NCBI RefSeq assembly: GCF_001457595.1
Contig: NZ_LN831039.1
Coordinates: 3,360,001-3,392,000 of the forward strand
From: Mycolicibacterium smegmatis
GTDB lineage: Bacteria; Actinomycetota; Actinomycetes; Mycobacteriales; Mycobacteriaceae
DNA: 32,000 nt
Direction of reading: 5' to 3'
The translations under genes were made by a program, and so were the position numbers. Position 1 is the first letter of the stretch; the number at the start of each line of letters is the position of its first letter. The notes under the pieces were generated by a model, which saw only the letters and a program-made list of their open reading frames with translations, searched no databases and was not told where the DNA came from. Positions 9,622-18,513 of the stretch are shown piece by piece.

Positions 9622-11040
9622 GTGAGCAGACGCGGAAAGATCGTTTGTACGCTTGGCCCCGCCACCAGCACGGATGAGACCGTCAGGGCGCTGGTCGAGG
9701 CCGGGATGGATGTCGCGCGGCTGAACTTCAGCCACGGCGACTACAGCGACCACGAGGCCGCCTACAAGAGGGTGCGCGCGGCATCGGATGTCACGGGTCA
9801 TGCCGTCGGCATCATGGCCGACCTGCAGGGCCCCAAGATCCGGCTGGGCCGTTTCAAGGACGGCCCGACGTATTGGGCGACCGGTGAGACCGTGCGCATC
9901 ACCGTCGAGGACTGCGAGGGCACCCATGACCGCGTGTCCACCACCTACAAGCAACTCGCGCAGGACGCCGCCAAGGGTGACCGCCTGCTCGTCGACGACG
10001 GCAAGGTCGCGCTGAGGGTCGAAGAGGTCGACGGCGACGACGTCGTCTGCACGGTCACCGAGGGCGGCCCGGTGAGCAACAACAAGGGTGTGTCGCTGCC
10101 TGGCATGAACGTCTCCGTGCCGGCGATGTCCGAGAAGGACATCGAGGACCTGGAGTTCGCGGTGCGCCTCGGTGTCGACCTGGTCGCGCTGTCGTTCGTG
10201 CGTTCGCCCGCCGACATCGAACTGGTCCACGAGGTGATGGACCGCGTCGGCCGCCGCGTGCCCGTGATCGCCAAGCTGGAAAAGCCCGAGGCCATCGAGA
10301 ATCTCGAGGCTGTGGTGCTGGCGTTCGACGCCGTGATGGTCGCCCGCGGCGACCTGGGTGTCGAGCTCCCGCTGGAAGAGGTGCCGCTGGTTCAGAAGCG
10401 CGCCATCCAGATGGCCAGGGAGAATGCCAAACCGGTCATCGTCGCGACCCAGATGCTCGAGTCGATGATCGAGAACTCCCGGCCCACCCGCGCCGAGGCG
10501 TCCGACGTCGCCAACGCCGTGCTCGACGGTGCCGACGCGGTGATGCTGTCGGGGGAGACCTCGGTGGGCAAGTACCCGCTGGAGGCCGTGCGCACCATGG
10601 CCCGCATCATCCAAGCGGTCGAGGACAATTCGGTGGTCGTGCCGCCGCTGACCCACGTACCCCGCACCAAGCGCGGCGTGATCTCTTATGCCGCACGCGA
10701 TATCGGCGAACGCCTGGACGCCAAGGCGCTGGTCGCGTTCACGCAGTCCGGTGACACCGTGCGCCGCCTGGCGCGCCTGCACACCCCGCTGCCGGTGCTG
10801 GCGTTCACGGCGCTGCCCGAGGTCCGCAGCCAGCTCGCACTCACGTGGGGCACCGAGACGTTCATCGTCCCGCAGATGTCGAACACCGACGACATGATCC
10901 GGCAGGTCGACAAGTCGTTGCTCGAGCTCGGCCGCTACAAGCGCGGCGAGCTGGTGGTCATCGTCGCGGGTGCTCCTCCGGGCACAGTAGGCTCCACCAA
11001 TCTGATCCATGTGCATCGCATAGGAGAGGACGACGTCTAG
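9622..11040 (+). CDS. pyk: pyruvate kinase
   Basis: GTG start. 472 aa with RRGKIVCTLGPA, MDVARLNFSHG, DLQGPKIRLG, MVARGDLGVE and ATQMLESM motifs. Confidence 0.95.
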   Translation: MSRRGKIVCTLGPATSTDETVRALVEAGMDVARLNFSHGDYSDHEAAYKRVRAASDVTGHAVGIMADLQGPKIRLGRFKDGPTYWATGETVRITVEDCEGTHDRVSTTYKQLAQDAAKGDRLLVDDGKVALRVEEVDGDDVVCTVTEGGPVSNNKGVSLPGMNVSVPAMSEKDIEDLEFAVRLGVDLVALSFVRSPADIELVHEVMDRVGRRVPVIAKLEKPEAIENLEAVVLAFDAVMVARGDLGVELPLEEVPLVQKRAIQMARENAKPVIVATQMLESMIENSRPTRAEASDVANAVLDGADAVMLSGETSVGKYPLEAVRTMARIIQAVEDNSVVVPPLTHVPRTKRGVISYAARDIGERLDAKALVAFTQSGDTVRRLARLHTPLPVLAFTALPEVRSQLALTWGTETFIVPQMSNTDDMIRQVDKSLLELGRYKRGELVVIVAGAPPGTVGSTNLIHVHRIGEDDV

Positions 11041-11063
11041 GCGAGCTCACGGAAAGGGGTCCG

Positions 11064-11927
11064 GTGTCACAGGCCGACTTCGAGGAACTACTGGCGGTTC
11101 TCGACCTCGAACGGGTCGGTGAGGATCTCTTCATCGGGTCGCATCCCAGCAAGAACCCGGTGCGCACGTTCGGCGGTCAGATGACCGCGCAGGCGTTCGT
11201 CGCCGCGGGGCGCTCGCTTGAGCACAAGCTCTCGCCGAGCGCCCTGTCGGCGCATTTCATCGCAGGCGGCGACCCGGAGAAGGACCTGGAGTTCCACATC
11301 GTCCGGCTCCGGGACGAGCGCCGGTTCGCCAATCGCCGGGTGGACGTCATGCAGAACGGCGAACTGCTGACCACGGTGATGATCTCGTACATGAACGGTG
11401 GCCGCGGCCTCGAGCACAATGTGCCCGCGCCCGACGTGCCACGTCCGGAGACGCTGCCCAAGATCGACGAATTGCTGCGCGGCTACGAGGAAACCGTGCC
11501 GTTGTTCGTCAACGCGCTGCGTCCGATCGAGTGGCGGTACACCAACGATCCGGCCTGGGTCATGCGCGACAAGGGCGGAAAACTCGACCACAACCGCGTC
11601 TGGCTCAAGACCGAGGGCGAGATGCCCGACGATCCGGTGCTGCACGGCGCGGCGCTGGTCTACTCGTCGGACACCACGGTGCTCGACTCGATCATTACCA
11701 CGCACGGATTGTCCTGGGGTTTCGACCGGATCTTCGCGGTGACCATGAACCACAGCGTGTGGTTCCACCGGCCCATCAGGTTCGACGAGTGGGTGCTGTA
11801 CTCGACCACCTCACCCGTGGCCGCCGAATCGCGCGGTCTGGGCACCGGACACTACTTCGACGCGTCCGGGCAACTGGTGGCCACCGTGGTGCAGGAAGGC
11901 ATCGTCAAGTACTTCCCCGGCAAGTAG
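11064..11927 (+). CDS. tesB: acyl-CoA thioesterase II (double hot-dog)
   Basis: GTG at 11064 is preceded by GGAAAGGGG. The 287-aa product begins VSQADFEELLAVLDLERVGEDLFIG..FGGQ and ends GLGTGHYFDASGQLVATVVQEG, as is typical of TesB. The track ORF start at 10845 lies inside pyk and is rejected. Confidence 0.85.
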   Translation: MSQADFEELLAVLDLERVGEDLFIGSHPSKNPVRTFGGQMTAQAFVAAGRSLEHKLSPSALSAHFIAGGDPEKDLEFHIVRLRDERRFANRRVDVMQNGELLTTVMISYMNGGRGLEHNVPAPDVPRPETLPKIDELLRGYEETVPLFVNALRPIEWRYTNDPAWVMRDKGGKLDHNRVWLKTEGEMPDDPVLHGAALVYSSDTTVLDSIITTHGLSWGFDRIFAVTMNHSVWFHRPIRFDEWVLYSTTSPVAAESRGLGTGHYFDASGQLVATVVQEGIVKYFPGK

Positions 11928-11932
11928 TTTCG

Positions 11933-11991
11933 CCGACCGTGCGATTTCGTCCGCGACACGCCGGTCGACGCGGATGAGACCGCACGCTCGG
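11933..11991. terminator. nested inverted repeats between convergent genes (candidate bidirectional terminator, no U-tract)
   Basis: The outer arms 11933-11943 and 11981-11991 pair at 10 of 11 positions. An inner stem is formed by TCCGCG (11950-11955) and CGCGGA (11969-11974). The structure sits in the 78-bp gap between the tesB stop and the stop of the - strand gene. Confidence 0.3.
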
Positions 11992-12005
11992 CGCGACCTG
12001 TTGCC

Positions 12006-12725
12006 TCAGCGGCTCTGCGGGGTGCCGAACTCGTCCTCGACGCGTTCCTCGAACTGCACGCGGCACCGCTCCTGCGCGGCCTGATCGTTGCCGGCGTCCT
12101 CCAGACACGCGATGTACTCGCGGCCACCGAGCTCCTCGAACCACTTGAACCCGAGGGTCGCCCAGATCGCGATGAACGCCAGTGACAGCACGACGGCGAT
12201 GCCGCCCAACACGATTCCGGCAATCGCGACGCCACCGTTGGTCGCCTCGCCGCGCTTGGCCCGTCCGTGCCCCAGGAAGCCGAGCACGATGGCGACCACA
12301 CCCACGATGAGGCCGCCGATGATCGACCAGCACAGCACCAGACCCGCGATCGCGGCGATCAGCGCCGCGATGCCCAGCCCGTTGCGCGGGCCCGCGGCAC
12401 CCTGGGCCGGCGGCTGTGCCGGGTAGCCGCCGCCGTACGGGGGCGGATAGGAACCGGGGTACGCGCCCGGATACGCGCCGTAGGGCTGGGAGCCGTACGG
12501 CTGCGAGCCGTATGGCGCCTGCGACGCGGTGTCGTAGGCGCCTTGCGACGCGCCGTAGGTGTAGGGCGGGTTCGATTCCGGCGGCGGCGAGGCCGTGTCT
12601 GACGACTCGGTCGACTCACCGGATCGGGTCGGCGGGGGAGTCTGGCCGGGATCAGACGGCTGCCCAGACGATTCTGTCGGTTCCGGTCGGTCCGACCCGG
12701 GCTCACCAGCTCGTTCGTCGGTCAT
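12006..12725 (-). CDS. DUF4190-like membrane protein with a Pro/Gly/Tyr/Ser-rich N-terminus
   Basis: ATG at 12725 lies 10 nt after the cydC stop. It encodes a low-complexity N-terminus (YGSQPYGSQPYGAYPGAYPGSYPPPYGGGYP), then two or three hydrophobic helices (GIAALIAAIAGLVLCW.., GGVAIAGIVLGGIAVVLSLAFIAIW) and a short Cys-containing C-terminal segment. Confidence 0.7.
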   Translation of the reverse strand: MTDERAGEPGSDRPEPTESSGQPSDPGQTPPPTRSGESTESSDTASPPPESNPPYTYGASQGAYDTASQAPYGSQPYGSQPYGAYPGAYPGSYPPPYGGGYPAQPPAQGAAGPRNGLGIAALIAAIAGLVLCWSIIGGLIVGVVAIVLGFLGHGRAKRGEATNGGVAIAGIVLGGIAVVLSLAFIAIWATLGFKWFEELGGREYIACLEDAGNDQAAQERCRVQFEERVEDEFGTPQSR

Positions 12726-12735
12726 GTCTGTGAGG

Positions 12736-14277
12736 CTACCTTCCCGCCACCGCGAGACGGCCGGTACAGCGAACAACCGGGCAGTCGAAACCGGGCGGAA
12801 GATGGTGCGTCGCGACGACGACCGTGCGGTCGGCGGCGAACAGAGCCCCCGGCGTCAGAAGGCCTTCCAGCATCTGCCGGGCATCGCCGGCGTCGAGATT
12901 CTCCGTCGGCTCGTCGAGCAGGACCACCGGAAACGCCGAGATCAGCGCACGGGCGATGAGCAGGCGCCTGCGCTGCCCCGCCGACACCGCCGCGGCACCG
13001 CCCACCAGTACGGTGGACAGACCGTCGGGCAGCCCGGCCAGCCACTCGCCGAGCCCCACCCGGTCGAGCGCCGCGACGAGCTCGGTGTCGGTGGCGTCAC
13101 CACGCACCACCAGGAGGTTGTCACGCACGGTGGTGTCGAACAGGTGGGCGTCCTCGGCGAAGACGGCTGCGCGTTGCGGAGTTTCGCCGCCCGCCCCGTT
13201 CAGCCTGTCCGCGATGGCCATCAGCATCGTGGTCTTGCCCGACCCGCTGGGGCCCACCACCGCGAGACGATCGCCGGGGGCGAGGTCCACCGTCGCCACG
13301 TCCGGCCGGGACCGCAGCGGTGTCGGCGCCGTCAGTTCCAGCAGCCTGCGCGCCGCGACACGGGACCTCATGAGCTGCGCGGCGGCATCCGGAAGCGCGG
13401 TGGTCGCCTCGAACGCCGAGAGCGGCAACAGCATCAGGATCGCCGCGGTGGTGGGGGCGACGGTCGGTGCGAGTGCGATACCCGCGATCACGGCACCGAC
13501 AACACTTACGCCCATCGCAGCCGTCGGCATCGCGGCAGCCACGGCCGCCGGGGCCGCGGCACGGTCGGCCGCCTCACCCCAAGCGCGGTGATGACGCTCG
13601 AAGGTCGCGATGACCGAGTCGAGCCTGCCACTGACGCGCAGCTCGGGCGCGTGTTCGAGCGCGAGCATGCCTGCCGTGTCACGTTGCGATCGGTGTTCGG
13701 CTGCAACGGTTTCCGACGCGTGCGCGGCGCGTGCCGCGAGCGCGGGCGCGACGACGCCGGCAACGACCAGGCACATCGCCAACACCGCCGCGGAGGCCGG
13801 GGAGATCACCGCGATGACGCCGACCGCCGCGCAACCGAGCACCACCGCCACCACGATCGGGAGCAGCGCGCGCACCAGGACATCGGCGAGCTCGTCGACG
13901 GCAGGTCCGAGCCGGGCGACCAGCTCACCGCTCGGCAGCCGCATCGCTTCGTCCGGCGGTGCGTCGGCGAGCTTGCGGTACAGCCCGGTCCTGGCATTCG
14001 CCGCGGCCCTCAGCGCGCTGTCGTGCGACGCCAACCGCTGGCAGTAGCCCAGGACGCCGCGGGAGATGCCCAGCGCGCGCACCGCCACCACCGCGACGGT
14101 CAAATCCAGCACGGGCGGCATCTGCCAGGCGCGGGTGATCAGCCACGCCGAGATCCCCGCCAACGCCAGTGCGCTGCCCAGCGAGAGCACCCCGAGCGCC
14201 GCGGCCAGCAGGAACCGCCCGAGCCGGGGACGCAACAGCTCGAGGGTCAGGCGGAGCAACGGATCATGGCGCAACAA
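12736..14277 (-). CDS. cydC: ABC transporter permease/ATPase CydC (cytochrome bd assembly; thiol exporter)
   Basis: TTG start overlaps the cydD stop by 14 nt. 513 aa with an N-terminal 6TM domain, Walker A GPSGSGKTT, signature SAGQRRRL and Walker B LLDEPT. It lies immediately downstream of cydABD. Confidence 0.9.
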   Translation of the reverse strand: MLRHDPLLRLTLELLRPRLGRFLLAAALGVLSLGSALALAGISAWLITRAWQMPPVLDLTVAVVAVRALGISRGVLGYCQRLASHDSALRAAANARTGLYRKLADAPPDEAMRLPSGELVARLGPAVDELADVLVRALLPIVVAVVLGCAAVGVIAVISPASAAVLAMCLVVAGVVAPALAARAAHASETVAAEHRSQRDTAGMLALEHAPELRVSGRLDSVIATFERHHRAWGEAADRAAAPAAVAAAMPTAAMGVSVVGAVIAGIALAPTVAPTTAAILMLLPLSAFEATTALPDAAAQLMRSRVAARRLLELTAPTPLRSRPDVATVDLAPGDRLAVVGPSGSGKTTMLMAIADRLNGAGGETPQRAAVFAEDAHLFDTTVRDNLLVVRGDATDTELVAALDRVGLGEWLAGLPDGLSTVLVGGAAAVSAGQRRRLLIARALISAFPVVLLDEPTENLDAGDARQMLEGLLTPGALFAADRTVVVATHHLPPGFDCPVVRCTGRLAVAGR

Positions 14278-15892
14278 GGGAACTCTCCATCGTCACCACG
14301 TGATCGGCCGCGGCCAGGACCGGCGCGCGGTGACCCACCATCACCACGGTCGCCCCGGCGCGGGCACGCGCCACGATCGCTGCCAGCACCCGGTCTTCGA
14401 GCGCGCCGTCGAGGTGTGCGGTCGGCTCGTCGAGCAACAGCACGTCAGCGGGTGCGCCCAGGGCACGCACAAGACCCAGGCGTTGACGTTGCCCCAGGGA
14501 CAGGCCGACACCGCCACGGCCCAGCGGCGTCTCCGAGCCGTCGGGGAGTTCCCCTAGCACCTCGTCGAAACCGACTGAGCGGCAGACCTCATCGAGGCCG
14601 GGCACCGGGCCCAGGAGCTCGAGGTTCTCCCGTACCGTGCCGGGGACCAGCACAGGACGGTGGGGCATCCAGGCGAGACGGCCCCACCACGCGGAACGGT
14701 CGAGCGCGCCGACCTCGACGCCCGCGACAAGGATCGGGCCGCACGGTGATTCCTGCAGGCCCAGAATCGCCTGCAGCAGAGTGGATTTACCCACACCGTT
14801 GGGCCCCGTCAGTACGGTCACGCGACCGGGCTCCATCACCGCTTTCAGCGCGGGTACCTCGATCACGGGCGCCCCGGCGGGGACCACCTCGTGGCCCGTG
14901 GGCGGATGAGGCTCGGCGCACAACCGGAGAGCCTGCTCAGCGGCGGTCTTGCCGTCCTGCGCCGCGTGGAACGCCGCACCCACCCGGCGCAACGGCCAGA
15001 ACACCTCGGGTGCGAGCAGCAGCGCGGTGAGCCCCGCGGCCAGTGTCATGTCGCCGAACACCAGGCGCAGGCCGACGCTGACGGCGACCAGCGCGACGCC
15101 GAGGGTCGCGAGCAGTTCGAGCACCAGCGCCGAGAGGAACGAGATGCGCAATGTGGCCATCGTCGAACGGCGATGGCTCGCCGACAGTTCGGCGATCCGC
15201 TGGACAGAGCCGCCGGCACGGCCGACCGCGCGCAACGTCGGGATGCCCGCGATGAGGTCCAGCATCCGTCCCTGCAACGTCGTCATCGCGGTGAGCGCGG
15301 CCGCGGACCGTTCGGCTGTGAGCAGGCCGATCAGCACCATGAAGATCGGGATGAGCGGCAGCGCGATCACCACGATGGCCGCGGCCTGCCAGTCGTAGGC
15401 GGCCATCACCACGAGCGCTGCGGGCGTGAGGATCCCGGCGAGCACCACGGCGGGCAGGTAGCCCGTGAAATACGGGCGCAGACCGTCCAGCCCCCGCGTC
15501 ACCACTGCAGCCGCGGAGTCACGGTCCGCCGCCAGCCGCCGCGGCGACGACGTCGTGACCGAGGACAGCACCTGCCGGGACAGCTCGCCGATGACCGCGG
15601 TGGCACCGCGCTGGGACAGGCGGCCCTGGAACCATTGCGCGACAACACGCACCGACCACAGCACCGCGAGTGCGACGAGCCCAGGAGCCCAGTCGGTCTC
15701 GCCGCCGAGGGCGGTGGCCGGGTTGGTGATGATGCCGGCGACGATGTGGGCGAGCACCACGGCCGAGGCGATCGTGCAGCCCGCGATCACCACGCCGCAC
15801 GCGACCGCAGCGATCAGGTAGCGCCGCAGCGCACCGGTCGCCCCGGTGGTACCGGTACCACCGCGGATGCCGAGCGCACGCCAGAGGTTCAG
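14264..15892 (-). CDS. cydD: ABC transporter permease/ATPase CydD (start codon uncertain)
   Basis: TM domain, then Walker A GPNGVGKST, signature SLGQRQRL and Walker B LLLDEPT. The 3' end is firm. For the 5' end, no in-frame ATG, GTG or TTG lies between the far-upstream GTG at 16279 (390 nt inside cydB) and GTG codons at 15793/15790, which would truncate the first helix. The coordinate given is the CTG that overlaps the cydB stop (CTGA). Confidence 0.8.
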   Translation of the reverse strand: MNLWRALGIRGGTGTTGATGALRRYLIAAVACGVVIAGCTIASAVVLAHIVAGIITNPATALGGETDWAPGLVALAVLWSVRVVAQWFQGRLSQRGATAVIGELSRQVLSSVTTSSPRRLAADRDSAAAVVTRGLDGLRPYFTGYLPAVVLAGILTPAALVVMAAYDWQAAAIVVIALPLIPIFMVLIGLLTAERSAAALTAMTTLQGRMLDLIAGIPTLRAVGRAGGSVQRIAELSASHRRSTMATLRISFLSALVLELLATLGVALVAVSVGLRLVFGDMTLAAGLTALLLAPEVFWPLRRVGAAFHAAQDGKTAAEQALRLCAEPHPPTGHEVVPAGAPVIEVPALKAVMEPGRVTVLTGPNGVGKSTLLQAILGLQESPCGPILVAGVEVGALDRSAWWGRLAWMPHRPVLVPGTVRENLELLGPVPGLDEVCRSVGFDEVLGELPDGSETPLGRGGVGLSLGQRQRLGLVRALGAPADVLLLDEPTAHLDGALEDRVLAAIVARARAGATVVMVGHRAPVLAAADHVVTMESSLVAP

Positions 15893-16941
15893 CTCGACCG
15901 CCTGGACAATCCGATCGGGGCCGGGATGCGGTCGGCCGAGATGCGCTTGCTGAACACCCAGTACGTCCAGCCCTGGTACACCACCACCAAGGGGGCGAAA
16001 ACCAGTGCGGCCCAGGTCATGATCTTGAGGGTGTAGGGCGAGGACGATCCGTTGTAGATCGTCAGGCTCCAGTCGGGGTTCAGCGTCGAGGGGATGAGAT
16101 CCGGGAACAGCGAGCCGAACAGCAGCACCACGACCGCCGCGACCACGACGCTCGTCGCACCGAAGGCCCAGCCCTCGCCGCTGCCGCGGAAGACCTGTGC
16201 GACGGCGACGAGCTGTGCGATCACCGCGGCTGCCAGCACGATCCAGGTCCAGCCGGTTCCGTGCGCCACCTGTGTCCACACCCCGAACGCCGCTACCAGC
16301 GCCGTGGCGGGAAGCGCCAGCAGGCGGGCGAATCCGAACGCGTCGGTGCGGATCTCTCCGGAGGTCTTCAGCGACACGAACACCGCGCCGTGGAAGGCGA
16401 ACAGCGCGCAGGTGGCGAGACCACCCAGCAGCGTGTACGCGTTGAGCAGATCACCGAAGAACGACAGGTGGATCTGCTTGTCGGCATCGACCGGCAGCCC
16501 GCGCACCAGGCTCGCGAACGCGACACCCCACAGGATCGCCGGAACCCACGAGCCGACGGCGATTCCGGTGTCGGCCCAGCGCCGCCACCCGGGATCGTCG
16601 ATCTTGCCGCGCCATTCGATGGCCACGATGCGAAGGATCATCGCGCACAGGATCACCAGCAGCGCCAGGTACAGGCCCGAGAACATCGAGGCGTACATCT
16701 CGGGGAAGGCCGCGAACATCGCACCGCCCGCGGTGATCAGCCACACCTCGTTGCCGTCCCACACCGGTCCGATGGTGTTGAGTGCGGCCCGGCGGTACGG
16801 CTCGGGGTCCTGTCCGCGTTTCTCGGCGGCACGGCCGAAGAACGACATCAGCATGCCGACGCCGAAGTCGAAGCCCTCCAGCAGGAAGAAGCCCAGGAAC
16901 AGAACGGCCAGCAGGATGAACCAGAGTTCTTGCAGTCCCAT
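15889..16941 (-). CDS. cydB: cytochrome bd ubiquinol/menaquinol oxidase subunit II
   Basis: ATG at 16941 is preceded by GAAGGAG. The 350-aa polytopic product begins MGLQELWFILLAVLFLGFFLLEGFDFGVG, which is typical of CydB. The longer track ORF (start 17151) overlaps cydA and is rejected. Confidence 0.93.
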   Translation of the reverse strand: MGLQELWFILLAVLFLGFFLLEGFDFGVGMLMSFFGRAAEKRGQDPEPYRRAALNTIGPVWDGNEVWLITAGGAMFAAFPEMYASMFSGLYLALLVILCAMILRIVAIEWRGKIDDPGWRRWADTGIAVGSWVPAILWGVAFASLVRGLPVDADKQIHLSFFGDLLNAYTLLGGLATCALFAFHGAVFVSLKTSGEIRTDAFGFARLLALPATALVAAFGVWTQVAHGTGWTWIVLAAAVIAQLVAVAQVFRGSGEGWAFGATSVVVAAVVVLLFGSLFPDLIPSTLNPDWSLTIYNGSSSPYTLKIMTWAALVFAPLVVVYQGWTYWVFSKRISADRIPAPIGLSRRSS

Positions 16942-16954
16942 CGATCCGCTCCTT

Positions 16955-18418
16955 CTAGTAGGCGAACGACAACGGCGCGACGTCGTCGGCGTCCGGTGGC
17001 CTCGGCGCGGCGGGTTCGGAGTCGTGCTCGGACGGCCCCTGCACGATGTAGCGGCGCAGCAGGAAGAACCAGATGACCGCCAGCACGGCGTAAACCAGGG
17101 TGAACGCCACCAGGGACAGCACCACCAGACCCACGGAATGGTCGGACACACCCTGCGCGACCGTGAGCCGGATGTCCTGATCCCCGGTGGGATTCGGCAC
17201 CACGACCCAGGGCTGGCGGCCCATCTCGGTGAACACCCAGCCCGCGCTGTTGGCCAGAAACGGTGTGGGGATGGTCAGCAGCGCGAACCAGCTGAACCAC
17301 CGCTGATCAGGGATCCGCCCACCGCGGGTCAGCCACAGCGCCGCGAGCGCGAACAGGCCTGGTACGGCCAGGAATCCGATCATCGCCCGGAACGACCAGT
17401 AGGTGACGAACAGGTTGGGGCGGTAATCGCCGGGCCCGAACTTCTCCTCGTAGCTGCGCTGCAGGTCCACGACTCCGTCGAGGTGCACGCCGCTGAACTT
17501 GCCCTCGGCGAGGAACGGCAGCACGTACGGCACCTCGATGAGGTGGACGACGCTGTCGCAGTTGTTGTGGGTGCCGACGGTGAGGACCGAGAAGGACGGG
17601 TCCTGCTCGCTGTGGCACAGGGATTCGGCCGACGCCATCTTCATGGGCTGCTGCTCGAACATCAGCTTGCCCTGCGCGTCACCGGTGAAGAACAGTGCCA
17701 CCGCGGCGACCAGTGTCACCCAGCATCCGAGGATCGTGGCCGGCCGGTACATCGTCGCGGCGTCGGCGGCCGATTCACCGCCCGTGCGGTGTGAACGCAC
17801 CATCCACCACGCGCACACGCAGGCCACGAAAACACCTGCGGTGAGGAACGCGCCCGACACGGCGTGTGTGAAGGCCGCGATCGCGGTGTTGTTGGTGAAC
17901 AACGCGAAGATGCTCTCCAATTCGGCGCGACCGGTCTCCGGATTGAACCTGGCGCCCACGGGGTGCTGCATGAACGAGTTCGCCGAGATGATGAAGAACG
18001 CCGACAGGTTCACGGCGATCGCGACGATCCAGATGCACGCCAGGTGCAGCCACCGGGGGAGTCGCGTCCACCCGAAGATCCACAGCCCGATGAACGTGGA
18101 CTCGAAGAAGAAGGCGGCCAACCCCTCCATGGCCAGCGGTGCGCCGAAGATGTCGCCGACGAACCGCGAGTACTCGCTCCAGTTCATGCCGAACTGGAAT
18201 TCCTGCACGATGCCGGTCGCGACGCCGATCGCGAAGTTGATCAGAAAAAGTTTGCCGAAGAAACGAGTGAGGCGGTACCAGGTGTCGTTGCCCGTGGCCA
18301 CCCACACGGTCTGCATGACGGCGATGAGCGGCGCGAGCCCGATCGTCAGCGGGACAAATATGAAGTGGTAGACCGTGGTGATTCCGAACTGCCACCGCGA
18401 TACGTCCAGAGCGTCCAT
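16955..18418 (-). CDS. cydA: cytochrome bd oxidase subunit I
   Basis: 487 aa, beginning MDALDVSRWQFGITTVYHFIFVPLTIG, with the EMGRQPWVV motif near the C-terminus. Confidence 0.95.
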   Translation of the reverse strand: MDALDVSRWQFGITTVYHFIFVPLTIGLAPLIAVMQTVWVATGNDTWYRLTRFFGKLFLINFAIGVATGIVQEFQFGMNWSEYSRFVGDIFGAPLAMEGLAAFFFESTFIGLWIFGWTRLPRWLHLACIWIVAIAVNLSAFFIISANSFMQHPVGARFNPETGRAELESIFALFTNNTAIAAFTHAVSGAFLTAGVFVACVCAWWMVRSHRTGGESAADAATMYRPATILGCWVTLVAAVALFFTGDAQGKLMFEQQPMKMASAESLCHSEQDPSFSVLTVGTHNNCDSVVHLIEVPYVLPFLAEGKFSGVHLDGVVDLQRSYEEKFGPGDYRPNLFVTYWSFRAMIGFLAVPGLFALAALWLTRGGRIPDQRWFSWFALLTIPTPFLANSAGWVFTEMGRQPWVVVPNPTGDQDIRLTVAQGVSDHSVGLVVLSLVAFTLVYAVLAVIWFFLLRRYIVQGPSEHDSEPAAPRPPDADDVAPLSFAY

Positions 18419-18513
18419 CTGACCTACTTTCGAGCCTGCCAGGTCGATCTACGACGGAGTGTAGTAGCGATGCTCGGCGATAGCCAGGAGATCGACGCAG
18501 GTAGCGCGGTGGG

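Noticed and set aside
12595-15030. 811-aa + strand ORF overlapping cydC and cydD, and the 381-aa ORF at 14891-16036
   Set aside because: They are antisense to ABC-transporter genes that carry clear Walker and signature motifs. The products are extremely Arg/Gly/Pro-rich with no domain features. I treat them as GC artefacts.
14264-16279. Full-length 671-aa version of the cydD ORF, starting at 16279
   Set aside because: The first ~130 residues would overlap cydB by 390 nt. They are Arg/Gly-rich and unlike any CydD N-terminus, so the true start must be near 15829-15892 (see the cydD finding).
16094-17794. 566-aa + strand ORF antisense to cydB and cydA
   Set aside because: It is opposite two unmistakable cytochrome bd subunit genes, and its translation is low-complexity (Ser/Pro/Ala/Arg).
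18419-18513. A canonical CRP/FNR-type site (TGTGA-N6-TCACA) in the cydA promoter gap
   Set aside because: Inspection of both strands of the 95-bp gap found no match better than about half of the consensus positions. Only a weak 7 of 10 candidate lies further upstream inside the neighbouring gene, and that is reported as a low-interest lead rather than a feature.
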